A DNA stretch of 64,000 nt, from contig NZ_JAFQXT010000043.1 in assembly GCF_017406825.1 (NCBI RefSeq), positions 12,662-76,661 of the forward strand, read 5' to 3'. The notes beneath the pieces are model-generated. The model searched no databases and was not told the DNA's origin. It saw only the letters and a program-made list of their open reading frames with translations. The DNA is from Methanobrevibacter sp. (lineage in GTDB: Archaea > Methanobacteriota > Methanobacteria > Methanobacteriales > Methanobacteriaceae). Of this stretch, positions 27,672 through 41,650 are shown one piece after another (within the stretch, counting starts at the first letter, position 1; each line of letters begins with the position of its first letter). A program made the position numbers and the translations under genes.

Positions 27672-28265
27672 GTGATTCCTATTAACTCTCAAGAAATAAG
27701 ATACTTCTACAGGAACATTGTAAAAACAGGTGATGTATACCGGGTTAAATACAATAATAAAGACTATGGAGAGTTTAGGAAATTATCCGATGCATTATAT
27801 GAAAGAGATGCATTGTTCTTTTGTAATTTTGATTACGATTTGCTTGTTGAATGCGACCTTGAAAACAAATATGAAAATATGGAATTGCCTCCATTTCCTG
27901 AAAAGCGGCCGAAAGGCAGGATAAAAGGAACCAAAGTTAACAAAAAGGAAAGGGAAGGGGAAATTCTTTTCAACCATAAAATTAGAAAATTTTACATTCA
28001 GAAAGGTGATGATGTCATCGGCAATTATGACACCATGACTGAAGCGTTCTATTACAAGAAAATGTTAATGGACAACAATTGGGACATGAGTGTCCTAAAA
28101 ACAAACATCACACAGAGAATTGAAGTCAATATTGTTATTGATCCGACTAAAACATATAAAGTTGAATTAAATTACTGCCCTAACTGCAGAAGCAAATTAA
28201 AGGCCAATGCTGAAGAATGTCCATCCTGCGGTATTAACATTAAAGATTACCTATATAATAATTGA
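27672..28265 (+). CDS. Hypothetical protein with C-terminal zinc ribbon (possible duplicated AP2-like DNA-binding modules)
   Basis: CPNCRSKL...CPSCG at the C-terminus. Two similar segments (IRYFYRNIVKTGDVYRVKYNNKDYGEFRKLSDALYERDAL and IRKFYIQKGDDVIGNYDTMTEAFYYKKML). GTG start sits within a GGTGAT context, so the start is uncertain. Confidence 0.5.
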   Translation: MIPINSQEIRYFYRNIVKTGDVYRVKYNNKDYGEFRKLSDALYERDALFFCNFDYDLLVECDLENKYENMELPPFPEKRPKGRIKGTKVNKKEREGEILFNHKIRKFYIQKGDDVIGNYDTMTEAFYYKKMLMDNNWDMSVLKTNITQRIEVNIVIDPTKTYKVELNYCPNCRSKLKANAEECPSCGINIKDYLYNN

Positions 28266-28324
28266 AACCATTATCTGGCTGGTGAGACTGCAGATGCAGA
28301 TATGGCTCCTGAAATAACCTAGAA

Positions 28325-30700
28325 CTATTCCAAGATTTTAAGTGCATCCACCATGTCTAGCTTCCTAATTTTGAAAGAGAAATAAATATTTATGAGTATT
28401 GACACTGCCAAAATTATTAAAAATGTAAAGCATACGTTCATCAATGATATTGAAGGCACCATATAGAATTGCTCGCTTGAAGATGACCAAACCGTTTCTA
28501 AAACACGATACCCTATAGGAATGCCCAACAAACCTCCGATGATTATGAACGCTAAACTTTGTGTCAGCAACAGTTTTGTTAAAGAAGCCGAACTGAAACC
28601 TAAAACCTTGAGCGTTCCGATATCACGTTCCATCTCCAGAAAGCTAAGCAGACCTAGATTATATAGAACAATCAATGCCAGGATAATTGCAAATCCAATC
28701 AAATCAAAAATCATTACCCACAGTGATTGGTTAAGTTCTCTAGAACTATCGATCATATCCTGATGATAGAAAACTGATTTGATGCCATTATAATCTTCAT
28801 CAACATGTTTTGAAGTAAGAATGCTTGTTGTAGTAAAATTCAAACCTAAATCATCTAATTTTTCAGGAGAAATGATTATCCCCTGAAGTGAAGGGTGACC
28901 ATAGATTTTATCGATTTTTGCACTGACCCATTTATCGGAACCCATTATGTGGAACCGGACAATGTCTCCAATGCCCACACCCAACAAATCAGCCATTTTT
29001 TGTGAGATTGCAAATTCATCATCGCCAATTTCAATCTCATCTGATGTATATTTGTCGGTGTAATCAAATCCGTATCATTCAGAACAAGCAGCGAAGCCGA
29101 TTTTTTAGTGGAATTTGCTTCTATTTCAATACCGGATTCCATTATCCTGTCCCCATCGACTTTTTTAACCACATTATTGATGTGGGATGCGCTTGCGCCA
29201 TTATCTACAATTAGTTTTGACTCATAATGATTGATTTTATCAAATTCCCAATGCTCCGCACCGGCCATTCCATCATGCAATCCAAATGCATAAATCAAGA
29301 GCACGGTACAGCCCAGCACTCATAAAACTGTCATGATTGCTCTGAAATTATGTCTTTTGACATCCCTGTAATTCCAACGGAAGTTAAATGACATGTACTG
29401 CCAAAATTTGAATCTTTCAATGAAAGCGGAAGTTGTTGCCTTTGGCGCTTTTGGCCTTATTATTGTTGAAGGGTGCTCATTGACAATATTTCTTATTGAG
29501 TAATAGATTACTATAATTGACAATAAAACCATGAAAACGATAATATATAAAAAGTTCGCGCTTCCAACCAGATTAAAGTAAGGCAAGACAAATAACTTTT
29601 CCAAAGAGGATAAGCTACACCATGTATGAAAATCGGACCCAAAAATAACCCCAATATAGATCCCAATAACACTATGACGCCATAGGATAAATAATGAATC
29701 AGAATATCTCTACTTTTAAAACCATTAGCCTTAAGAATGCCTATCTGAGTCCTTTGATGGGAAATTATTCTTTTCATTGATGTTAAGAGCATCAACATTG
29801 AAATTAGAATAAAAACTAATGGGAGAAGACTTGATATCATTTTAAATTGGTCAATCATATTCTGGTAAACGCTTACACTAGCATGGTCTTGCCTTGGCAA
29901 GAATGAATTATAATCATCACCTAATTTATTGGCCAACAGATTTCCATAATCATTTGTGTCTCCATCAAATCTAACATTTAAAACATTATACGGAACATTG
30001 TCCATTGGAAATACCTTATAGGACATGTAAGCAAAACCAAATACTTTATGGTCTGGTTTTATTCCATAATAAGGCACACTATAAACGTATTCAGGAGAAT
30101 AACCTAATCCTTTTATTTCCTTTTCAATTTCCATGCCATTGAATTCAAAGGTTATTTTATATCCTAATTTAAGGCCTCTGCATCTGCAAAACTCTTATCC
30201 AACCATACTCCCTCTTCATCATTTGGATTGAATTATTTTCCTTCAATTAAATAGAATTTGGATATGGTATTGTCCTCTATAAAATGCAGCTCAACCTCAG
30301 GATTATCCGAAAAGTCGGCTTGCGAACTTAATACCAGCTGCCTTTGACTTCAATGGTTTGGGTTAGATTATCTACATTATCAACAAAATCATCATCAATA
30401 TTTGTGGCGAATATCCAACCGGCCATCATTTTTTAAAACCAGAAATTTATACAAAGATACATCAACAGTTTCTGTAAAAGTAAATGAAAAAAAGGAATCT
30501 ATTTTACCTTCGATATCCTCCTGATTGATACCGGAAAAATCCATGAACTCAAATCTCATTGTTGGCAAAAACATAAGGATTTGAATTTTCATCAAAACGG
30601 ATATTCAATAAAGAATCGAGTTTACTGAAAATATTGTTCAAGATGTCGTTATTTATTAGATTAACCTCAAATCGAAACTTAATACTACTTTTAGAGTTCA
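28325..30700 (-). pseudogene. Degraded FtsX/MacB-type ABC transporter permease (two FtsX domains)
   Basis: Four ORF fragments tile one protein: the first FtsX domain (29511-30134), a linker with TM (29320-29604), an extracellular domain (28945-29319) and the second FtsX domain (28325-28996). Lesions are a frameshift near 29605, an in-frame TGA at 29320-29322 and a frameshift near 29055. The region 30135-30700 has many stops in every frame. Confidence 0.75.
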
Positions 30701-30775
30701 TTAAACCACCACACTTTCGATTATACTGTCTATAACCAAAATTACCCTATTGAACTAAAAGCATAACAAGCAAAT

Positions 30776-30807
30776 AAAAAAAAATGGTAAGGAATGCTGG
30801 ATTCCTC
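30776..30807 (-). terminator. Hairpin plus T9 run downstream of carB
   Basis: The minus strand reads gaggaat-ccagc-attcctta followed by ccattttttttttatttg, beginning about 28 nt after the carB stop. Confidence 0.5.
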
Positions 30808-30834
30808 ACATTCTGAGTATGTGATTGAGAACAA

Positions 30835-34011
<3,177 letters not shown>

Positions 34012-34027
34012 AATGTAATCCCTCTTT

Positions 34028-35110
34028 CTAATAATCATCCATCATTTGGCTAAACTCGTCAAAAGTATTTCTTGTATCATTTGGACCCGGTCCCGCTTCA
34101 GGGTGGTACTGTATACAGCGCATTGGCAATTCCTTATGTGAAATACCTTCAGGAGTTCCATCATTTAAGTTAACATGAGTCAATACTAAGTCTGTTTCTT
34201 TTAAAGATTCCTTATCAATTGTGAATCCGTGATTTTGGGATGTGATGAATACTTTTCCAGTGTTTAAATCTTTTACCGGCTGGTTTTCACCACGGTGCCC
34301 GAATTTCATTTTATATGATTTTGCACCGAAAGACTTGGCAATTAACTGCTGGCCCATACAGATTCCGAAGATTGGCAATCTGTTGGATAGTTTTTTCATG
34401 GTTTCAATGGTCTCAGTAACCCTATCCGGGTTTCCAGGCCCTGATGTAATCATCAAACCGTTTGGTGAGTAATCAAGTATAGTCTTATAATCAGTGTCAT
34501 ACGGGAACAATAGTACTCCAATATCCCTTTCTAAAAATGAGTTGATGATATTCCTTTTGACTCCGCAGTCGATTAAAGCAACTTTCTTTTCAGCGTCTTC
34601 ATTGAATATTTTTATTTCCTTTGTTGATACCAACGGCACCACATCAACGTCTTCAATGCTTGGCTGGGCTTTTGCCATTTCAAGCAGTTCCTCATCATCA
34701 ATGTCTTCAGTTGTAATGGCTGCCTTAAGTGAACCTCTTTCCCTGATTTTTAAAGTTAAATCACGAGTATCAATTCCGCTTATTCCCGGAGTTTCAAACT
34801 CTGTTAAAAATTCATCTAAAGTTTTTTGAGGTCCAAAATTAGAAAGTTCACGGCAGACCTCACGACAAACAAATCCTTCAACCTGAACTTTATCAGATTG
34901 ATACCATTCCTCACTTACCCCATGATTGCCCTCTAAAGGATAAGTGGACATTAATATTTCTCCTTTAAAAGACGGATCAGTTAAAGATTCGGTGTAACCA
35001 CCCATACCTGTAGAAAAAACAAGTTCTCCTAATTTGGTGGTTTCATAACCAAATGCTTCACCTTTTAAAATAGTTCCATCTTCCAAAGCCAATTTAGCTA
35101 TTTTTACCAT
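34028..35110 (-). CDS. carA: Carbamoyl-phosphate synthase small (glutamine amidotransferase) subunit
   Basis: GICMGQQL triad Cys motif and HRGENQPV...NHGF...QYHPEA. Confidence 0.95.
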   Translation of the reverse strand: MVKIAKLALEDGTILKGEAFGYETTKLGELVFSTGMGGYTESLTDPSFKGEILMSTYPLEGNHGVSEEWYQSDKVQVEGFVCREVCRELSNFGPQKTLDEFLTEFETPGISGIDTRDLTLKIRERGSLKAAITTEDIDDEELLEMAKAQPSIEDVDVVPLVSTKEIKIFNEDAEKKVALIDCGVKRNIINSFLERDIGVLLFPYDTDYKTILDYSPNGLMITSGPGNPDRVTETIETMKKLSNRLPIFGICMGQQLIAKSFGAKSYKMKFGHRGENQPVKDLNTGKVFITSQNHGFTIDKESLKETDLVLTHVNLNDGTPEGISHKELPMRCIQYHPEAGPGPNDTRNTFDEFSQMMDDY

Positions 35111-35310
35111 TTAATCACCATAATAAGATATAAAAATTTACTATCTTTATTATATTTTATTTTAATATATTATTAAACTTTGTTTTTTTAGAGATTTTAA
35201 AGAAATTCATTCAAAAAATTTGAAAAAAAAATACGATAAATGAATGAACAATTAAATTAATATTAAATTATAAACTAAATTATACACATCAAATCTGAAA
35301 GAGAGTGAAT

Positions 35311-36831
35311 ATGGGCACTAATGTTGAAAAATTAGCTAAAAGACATCTGAAAAATCCAAAGGACTATGCGAGATTTCAAAAGTTGGTCAATCAGGCCAAG
35401 GTTTATAATCCCCCGGAATCATTAACCGGTGATTTGAGGCCCTATCAAAAAATCGGTTATTCCTGGCTAGTTCAAAATATTAAATTCAAATTCGGAAGCA
35501 TATTGGCTGATGATATGGGTCTTGGAAAAACAATCCAGGTATTGTCCACAATATTATATTTCAAAGAAAACAGCCAGCTGGAAGATGAATCAACATTAAT
35601 CATTGTGCCGCCCACACTGATACCAAATTGGGAAAATGAGATAAAGAAATTCACACCGGATTTGACCTATTTTATATATCACGGATCCAACAGGACATTT
35701 CCATTAGAAAACTATGATATCATTTTGACTTCCTATGGAGTTGTGAGACTTGATTTGGACATGTTTCTAGACAGAATCTGGTTTTTATGCGTTATTGATG
35801 AAGCTCAAAACATTAAAAATCCGAATACCGAGCAGACAAAAGCAATTAAGGAAGTGCCGGCTTCAACCAAAATTGCATTAACCGGTACTCCAATCGAAAA
35901 CAAATTAATGGATTACTGGTCCATATTTGATTTTGTAAACAAAGGATATTTGTCAACTAAAGATGATTTTAAACGAAATTATATTATTCCGATTGAAAAA
36001 TTGGAAGATGAGGAAGTTTTGGAAAACCTGAAAACAATAGCCAAACCCTTTGTAATGAGACGCTTAAAAACCGACGAGGACATCAAAAAGGAATTGCCTG
36101 AAAAATTCGTCAATGACATTTACTGCAGTTTAACCAAAAAGCAAGTGAAATTATATACTGCAATTCTAGAAGAGATTTTCTTTGATATAGAAAATTCAAA
36201 GGGGATTCAAAGAAAGGGAATAATCCTTAAGATATTGACCGCATTAAAGCAGACATGCAATCATCCCGCGCAGTTTTTGGATATTAAAAATCCTAAGATT
36301 TCCGAATCGGGAAAGATGGAACTGCTGATCAATATTCTGGAAAACATTCTTGACAATGATGAGAAAGTGATAATATTTACACAATACGTTGAAATGGGCA
36401 AGCTCATTAAAGAACTTGTCTCTAAAAAGTTTAAACGAGACGTGCTGTTCCTGCACGGGTCACAATCAATGAAAGAGAAAACAAGAATTATCGACACATT
36501 CCAAGAGGATGAAAACTATAAGATATTTGTTGCAACACTTAAAACTGGAGGAACAGGTTTGAATCTGACCGCCGCCAGAAATGTGATTCATTATGATTTG
36601 TGGTGGAATCCTGCTGTGGAAAATCAGGCAACCGACAGGGTTCACCGTATCGGACAGGATAAGGACGTGATGGTGTATCGGCTCATTACAAAAGGAACCC
36701 TAGAAGAGGCCATAGATGCAATAAGCAAAAGAAAAGTTGATCTGGCTGAAAAATCAATCAGCAATGATGAAACCTTCCTTACTGAAATGACAAATGAGGA
36801 ATTGAAAGAGGTTTTAACCCTAAGATTATGA
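35311..36831 (+). CDS. SNF2-family ATPase/helicase, core-only form
   Basis: LRPYQKIGYSWL, ILADDMGLGKT (motif I), DEAQNIKN (motif II), LTGTPIEN, and the helicase-C motifs TGGTGLNLTAA and QATDRVHRIGQ. Confidence 0.85.
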   Translation: MGTNVEKLAKRHLKNPKDYARFQKLVNQAKVYNPPESLTGDLRPYQKIGYSWLVQNIKFKFGSILADDMGLGKTIQVLSTILYFKENSQLEDESTLIIVPPTLIPNWENEIKKFTPDLTYFIYHGSNRTFPLENYDIILTSYGVVRLDLDMFLDRIWFLCVIDEAQNIKNPNTEQTKAIKEVPASTKIALTGTPIENKLMDYWSIFDFVNKGYLSTKDDFKRNYIIPIEKLEDEEVLENLKTIAKPFVMRRLKTDEDIKKELPEKFVNDIYCSLTKKQVKLYTAILEEIFFDIENSKGIQRKGIILKILTALKQTCNHPAQFLDIKNPKISESGKMELLINILENILDNDEKVIIFTQYVEMGKLIKELVSKKFKRDVLFLHGSQSMKEKTRIIDTFQEDENYKIFVATLKTGGTGLNLTAARNVIHYDLWWNPAVENQATDRVHRIGQDKDVMVYRLITKGTLEEAIDAISKRKVDLAEKSISNDETFLTEMTNEELKEVLTLRL

Positions 36832-37656
36832 TTCTTCTATCTTCAAACTGAAATTTAGGCTTCTTGAGGAATGTGTCAGGGCACCGATTGAAATGATGTC
36901 CACACCTAAGGAAGCATAATCCAAAATTGTTTCATGAGTGATTCCTCCTGAAACTTCAATTAATGAATTTTTACGAATGTTCAATGCTTCAAGTTCTTCA
37001 ATTACTTCTTTAACTTCATCAGGCCCCATATTATCAAGCATTACAATATCCGCCCCATTTTTAACACAATCTATTGCATCTTCAAGTGTTTCTACTTCAA
37101 TTTCTATTTTTTTAGAAAAGCTTGTATTTTCCTTTGCCTTTAAAAGTGCATCGAGAGGGGATTTGCATGTCGCGATATGATTATCCTTAATCAGAATCAT
37201 GTCATCCAATCCGAACCTGTGAGGATCTGCTCCGCCAACCTTTAAAGCATATTTATCGAATTTTCCTATTGCCGGAGAAGTTTTGCGTGTTCCTGCCACC
37301 CTAACATCGAAGTCCTTAACAATATCCACATAGTGACAGGCGGCGGTTGCCACCCCACTCATTCTCATAAGCAGATTTAGGGCAGTTCTCTCTAAAAGCA
37401 AAATGGTTCTAGCGTCTCCTTTAAGTGATATAAGCACATCATTATTTGATATTTTTGTCCCGTCTTTAAGCCAGAACAAAACATTGACGCCATATTCTTC
37501 AAACAAATCTCGAATGACATCAATACCTGCGAGAATTCCTTCATCTTTAGATTTAATATATGCCTTAACAATTTTACCCTCTTCTACCACGGCATTGGAT
37601 GTAACATCTCCAAATCCTTCATCTTCAGATAGCATATATTCAATAATTTTATCCAA
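36826..37656 (-). CDS. nadC: Nicotinate-nucleotide pyrophosphorylase (carboxylating)
   Basis: EDEGFGDVTS, RTALNLL, TRKT and IMLDN motifs. I prefer the TTG at 37656, preceded by AGGTGAT. Alternatives are ATG 37704 (track) or ATG 37635. Confidence 0.85.
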   Translation of the reverse strand: MDKIIEYMLSEDEGFGDVTSNAVVEEGKIVKAYIKSKDEGILAGIDVIRDLFEEYGVNVLFWLKDGTKISNNDVLISLKGDARTILLLERTALNLLMRMSGVATAACHYVDIVKDFDVRVAGTRKTSPAIGKFDKYALKVGGADPHRFGLDDMILIKDNHIATCKSPLDALLKAKENTSFSKKIEIEVETLEDAIDCVKNGADIVMLDNMGPDEVKEVIEELEALNIRKNSLIEVSGGITHETILDYASLGVDIISIGALTHSSRSLNFSLKIEES

Positions 37657-37725
37657 AAAATCACCTAAATTATTTAATATTATTATGAATATATAGTAAT
37701 TCATAAATATAAACGTGATTACATT

Positions 37726-38628
37726 ATGGAAATAACATTTTTAGGAACTTCATCTGCAGTTCATTCGATTGAAAGAAACCATCCGTCAATTGCCATTAAG
37801 GCGTTTGGCGAGACCATATTATTTGATTGTGGTGAAGCGACTCAGAAACAGATGCTGTCAAGCAATATCAGCCCAATGAAAGTATCGAAGATATTCGTCA
37901 CACATTATCATGGAGACCATATTCTAGGCCTTCCCGGACTTTTGCAGTCAATGAGCTTGAATGGCAGAGAATCCGAATTAACAATTTACGGACCAAAAGG
38001 ATTGGATAAAGTGAAAAATGCCATTTATTCCATGGGTTATTGTACAATTGAATATCCTATTGAATTTATCGAAATAGACTCCGGAATAATCGAGGATAAT
38101 GAAAAATATTTCATCCAAGCCGAAAGGGTTAAACATAATGTCCCCACATTAGCCTATTCAATAGAAGAAAAGAAAAAACCAAGGTTTTTAAGAGAAAAGG
38201 CAATTGAATTGGGAGTTCCTGTCGGTCCTGCTTTCGGACGTTTGCACAATGGCGAAGAAGTTGAAGTTGACGGAAAAATAATTAAACCGGAACAGGTACT
38301 TGGAGAACCAAGAAAAGGAGCTAAAATCACATATTCAGGAGATACAAGACCCTGCGAAGAGATGATTATGCTTGCTCGTGACTCAACATTACTCATTCAT
38401 GAATCTACTTTTGTAGAAGAGGATAAAGTTAATGCGGAAGAGCATGCTCACTCCACTTCAGTGGATGCTGCATATATTGCTCGGGAATCAAATAGCGAAA
38501 AGCTAATCTTGACCCACATAAGTACAAGATACACCAAAGAGTATGAAGACAAAATGCTGGATGAAGCTCGAGAAATCTTTGAAAATACCGAATTGGCTTA
38601 TGATTTATTAGAAATTGAAGTTAGATGA
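37726..38628 (+). CDS. rnz: Ribonuclease Z (tRNA 3' endonuclease)
   Basis: FLGTSSA...ILFDCGEATQKQ...THYHGDHILGLPGLL metallo-beta-lactamase/RNase Z signature. Confidence 0.9.
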   Translation: MEITFLGTSSAVHSIERNHPSIAIKAFGETILFDCGEATQKQMLSSNISPMKVSKIFVTHYHGDHILGLPGLLQSMSLNGRESELTIYGPKGLDKVKNAIYSMGYCTIEYPIEFIEIDSGIIEDNEKYFIQAERVKHNVPTLAYSIEEKKKPRFLREKAIELGVPVGPAFGRLHNGEEVEVDGKIIKPEQVLGEPRKGAKITYSGDTRPCEEMIMLARDSTLLIHESTFVEEDKVNAEEHAHSTSVDAAYIARESNSEKLILTHISTRYTKEYEDKMLDEAREIFENTELAYDLLEIEVR

Positions 38629-39389
38629 TTAATATGGAACCTACAATAATCAATGACCCCTCAACAACATTTATCTCCATTTTTGCCATTATAATAGCTG
38701 TGTTTATTCTAACTAGATTAATTGCATTCTTAATGAATAAAATGAAGAGATATAAAAAAGACATGACCGCAATCTATCTTGTAAGAGACATTATATGTTA
38801 TTTAATCTATTTCATAGCTTTAGTGGCAATCTTACAGTTCTTTGGAATTAATCTTGCAGGAACCCTATTAAGTTTAGGTATTGTAGGTATTGCTCTGAGT
38901 TTTGCGGCAAAAGACATTATCTCAAATCTATTTTCAGGAATCCTACTGATTTTAGGAAAAAGTGTCAAAGTCGGAGACACTATGGAAATAAACGGCATGA
39001 AAGGTTATGTTGAGAAAATTTCCCTTAGGTCAACCATAATCACTGATGATTACGGCGTTAAAAACCATGTCCCCAATTCAACGTTGACAAACAATGAATA
39101 TCTCCAATACAAACTCCCTGAAATGTATAGGGTGGATATCATGGCAGGGCTGCCGTTGAACATTGATGTCGTGAATTTTAGAGAATATATTATAACTAGA
39201 ATGGAAAGTTACCCTGAAATATCCGATAATCCTAAACCAAATGTTTATGGAAGGGAAATCAGCTTTAAACAAAGCAAGGTAAAAGTATCCTTTTGGGTAA
39301 AAGACTTTAATGATAAAGACAAATATAAAATAATAATCACTAATGAAATTAGGAAATACGTTAATGGAATAGGTGAAAAAGATGAATAG
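38625..39389 (+). CDS. Small-conductance mechanosensitive channel (MscS family)
   Basis: TM helices followed by SNLFSGILLILGKSVKVGDTMEINGMKGYVEKISLRSTII, the typical MscS beta-domain start. ATGA overlap with rnz. Confidence 0.75.
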   Translation: MINMEPTIINDPSTTFISIFAIIIAVFILTRLIAFLMNKMKRYKKDMTAIYLVRDIICYLIYFIALVAILQFFGINLAGTLLSLGIVGIALSFAAKDIISNLFSGILLILGKSVKVGDTMEINGMKGYVEKISLRSTIITDDYGVKNHVPNSTLTNNEYLQYKLPEMYRVDIMAGLPLNIDVVNFREYIITRMESYPEISDNPKPNVYGREISFKQSKVKVSFWVKDFNDKDKYKIIITNEIRKYVNGIGEKDE

Positions 39390-40299
39390 TGCACTTCAAG
39401 ATGAAATTTTGAAATTAAAAGAGGAAAAGAATGCTATAATCCTCGCACATAACTACCAACCAAAAGAAGTTCAAGAAATCGCGGATTTTCTTGGAGACTC
39501 ACTAGAATTATGCATTAAAGCTTCTGAAATTGAGGATAAAGATTTGGTAATCTTCTGCGGAGTAGACTTCATGGCAGAAACAGCGTTCATATTAAATCCA
39601 GATAAGAAAATTGTCATACCTACACTTGAGGCAGAATGTCCTATGGCGCATATGCTTCCTGAAGAAGAGTTGCTGAAAGCCAAAGAAGAATATCCTGATG
39701 CGGGAGTAATCCTTTATGTGAACAGTATTGCAGAAGCAAAACAACATGCTGACACATTGTGCACCTCTGCTAATGCAGTAAAAGTTACTGAGAGCTTGCC
39801 TCATGACAAGATACTATTCGGACCTGACAAGAACCTGGGGACCCATGTTGCGGAAAAAATCGATAAAGAGATAATCCCTGTTCCAAGTGACGGCCACTGC
39901 TATGTTCACAGACTGTTCCATGTTGAAGATGTTGAACTTAAAAGAAAGGAATATCCTAATGCGGAGATAATCTGCCATCCTGAATGCAACATTGAAGTTC
40001 AAAAAGCATGTGATGTCGTGATGTCAACCGGGGGAATGTTAAGACACATTGCTGAAAGCGACAAGGAAGAATTTGTAATCGGAACAGAAATAGACATGAT
40101 TACAAGAATCAACTCAGAAGTTCCTGGAAAAAAATTATATCCTTTGCTTGAAGGAGCAATCTGTAAGACCATGAAATTGCATACCCTTGAAAAAATAAGG
40201 GATTCATTAATTAACGAAGCTCCTGAAGTCACATTACCAAAAGAAGTTGCTGATAAATCTAGAAAAGCAGTACAGCATATGCTTGATGTATCAAAATAG
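39382..40299 (+). CDS. nadA: Quinolinate synthase
   Basis: ILAHNYQ, FCGVDFMAE, CPMA and HPEC motifs, with Fe-S ligand cysteines present. ATG 39382 is preceded by AGGTGA. Confidence 0.9.
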   Translation: MNSALQDEILKLKEEKNAIILAHNYQPKEVQEIADFLGDSLELCIKASEIEDKDLVIFCGVDFMAETAFILNPDKKIVIPTLEAECPMAHMLPEEELLKAKEEYPDAGVILYVNSIAEAKQHADTLCTSANAVKVTESLPHDKILFGPDKNLGTHVAEKIDKEIIPVPSDGHCYVHRLFHVEDVELKRKEYPNAEIICHPECNIEVQKACDVVMSTGGMLRHIAESDKEEFVIGTEIDMITRINSEVPGKKLYPLLEGAICKTMKLHTLEKIRDSLINEAPEVTLPKEVADKSRKAVQHMLDVSK

Positions 40300-40314
40300 C
40301 TTCTTCTTATTTTT

Positions 40315-41262
40315 CTATTTTTTAAATTTTACTAAAAAAGAGATTATTTTTTCTCCAATGTAAAAATAATCGTCATTGTTGAAATAGTAGTCGTCCTTTT
40401 CATCTTTTTGTGTTACAACAATGGCGCCGTTAACCAGTTCTCTGAAAGGCATTGTGTCTAATTCAGAATGATAATAATTATCATTAGTGCCTATGAATAA
40501 TGATTTAGCCTTGATACTGGACAGCTGGTCTACAACATCAAATTGCATATCGCAATCATTTCTAAATTTAAAATCGTATAAATCATTGAAAATACATTCA
40601 TCATTGAAATCTTCAAAAATAACTGATATTTCATCATTGTCAAGATTGTTGAAAGTTTTTTTAGAAGCGGTGTGGGCGAACAATAATGAATTTATTGCAA
40701 TAATGCTTTTTGTTTTGGAAGCACTGTAGCCATCGGTATAATAATCCTCTGTTGATTCTATAATATTTTCGAAAATCTTTGATATTATAAACTTATAACC
40801 TGAAAGCTTAGCGGAAGAATTGACAACTGTGATAAATTCCATTTCGTCGGGATATTCGCATGCCCATGTTAAGATCTGATATCCTCCAATTCCCTCACCT
40901 ATCAAACCTAAGATTTTTTTGATTTTGAATTTTTCGGCGAGAAATTGCCTTTTAAAATTCACCAAATCAAGACAGGAATAGGATGGGAAATTATAATCCA
41001 GGCCTGTTGTTGAAGGGGAACAGGAATCCGGAATACCTAATGAAGTAATTACAATGAAAAAGAATTCGTCTGTAAAATCACTATTGTCCATTATATATTT
41101 GTGGGCTTCCCTTAAATAGGAGTAGACTCCCTGAAAAGTAGGGAAAAATATGATTGCATTTGTGATAAACCCGTCTTCATCATATCTTGGATAACCGTAA
41201 GTGACATATTGAACTGCAACATTCTCAAGAACCCTGCCATATTCAAATCTAAAAGAGTCCAT
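40315..41262 (-). CDS. MetX-like alpha/beta-hydrolase-fold protein lacking catalytic Ser and His (probable pseudoenzyme)
   Basis: Paralog of 41647-42591 (shared MDSF.FE.G.VL..V.V.Y.T.G and SCSPSTT). The nucleophile elbow reads GEGIGG, and the C-terminal His position reads DEKDD. Confidence 0.7.
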   Translation of the reverse strand: MDSFRFEYGRVLENVAVQYVTYGYPRYDEDGFITNAIIFFPTFQGVYSYLREAHKYIMDNSDFTDEFFFIVITSLGIPDSCSPSTTGLDYNFPSYSCLDLVNFKRQFLAEKFKIKKILGLIGEGIGGYQILTWACEYPDEMEFITVVNSSAKLSGYKFIISKIFENIIESTEDYYTDGYSASKTKSIIAINSLLFAHTASKKTFNNLDNDEISVIFEDFNDECIFNDLYDFKFRNDCDMQFDVVDQLSSIKAKSLFIGTNDNYYHSELDTMPFRELVNGAIVVTQKDEKDDYYFNNDDYFYIGEKIISFLVKFKK

Positions 41263-41377
41263 AACATGAATTCCGCTTTCAGTTGCTACATTAAAAATAA
41301 TATCACCTATGTAATAATATTAATTTAAAGTATTTAAATCCATTAGATGGAAAATTAACCGAAGAATAACAAAAGTT

Positions 41378-41650
41378 TTACATATCTTCCAAAAAACTCA
41401 ATAGGAAGACGCTCATTTCTATTTCTTCGCGTGCGATGAAATCATCCAATCTGAATTGAGCGACATCGCTGGCGAAAGGATATAAATTTTCATCGAAATA
41501 TGCTTTAATTAGCAGCTTATCATCAACAATGCATGTTTTTTCATCCAGATTTTCATCAAGAAAACTCATCTGTTCGCCGGATAATCCAAAAACTGAATAC
41601 TCGACAAAATTGACTTCCCCTGAACCATAGTCCGTGATTTCGACAATCAT
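41378..41650 (-). CDS. Small acidic hypothetical protein
   Basis: 90-aa ORF whose ATG overlaps the stop of the upstream MetX-like gene (ATGA at 41647-41650). Confidence 0.5.
   Translation of the reverse strand: MIVEITDYGSGEVNFVEYSVFGLSGEQMSFLDENLDEKTCIVDDKLLIKAYFDENLYPFASDVAQFRLDDFIAREEIEMSVFLLSFLEDM

Noticed and set aside
34012-34038. Nine-codon extension of carB overlapping the carA stop
   Set aside because: ATG 34011 has an AGAGGG ribosome binding site and gives the canonical [17 protein letters not shown] start.
35311-36831. SNF2 helicase as part of a DISARM/BREX-like defence island
   Set aside because: The neighbours are carA and nadC. No methyltransferase, PLD, DUF1998 or other defence genes are present within 10 kb.
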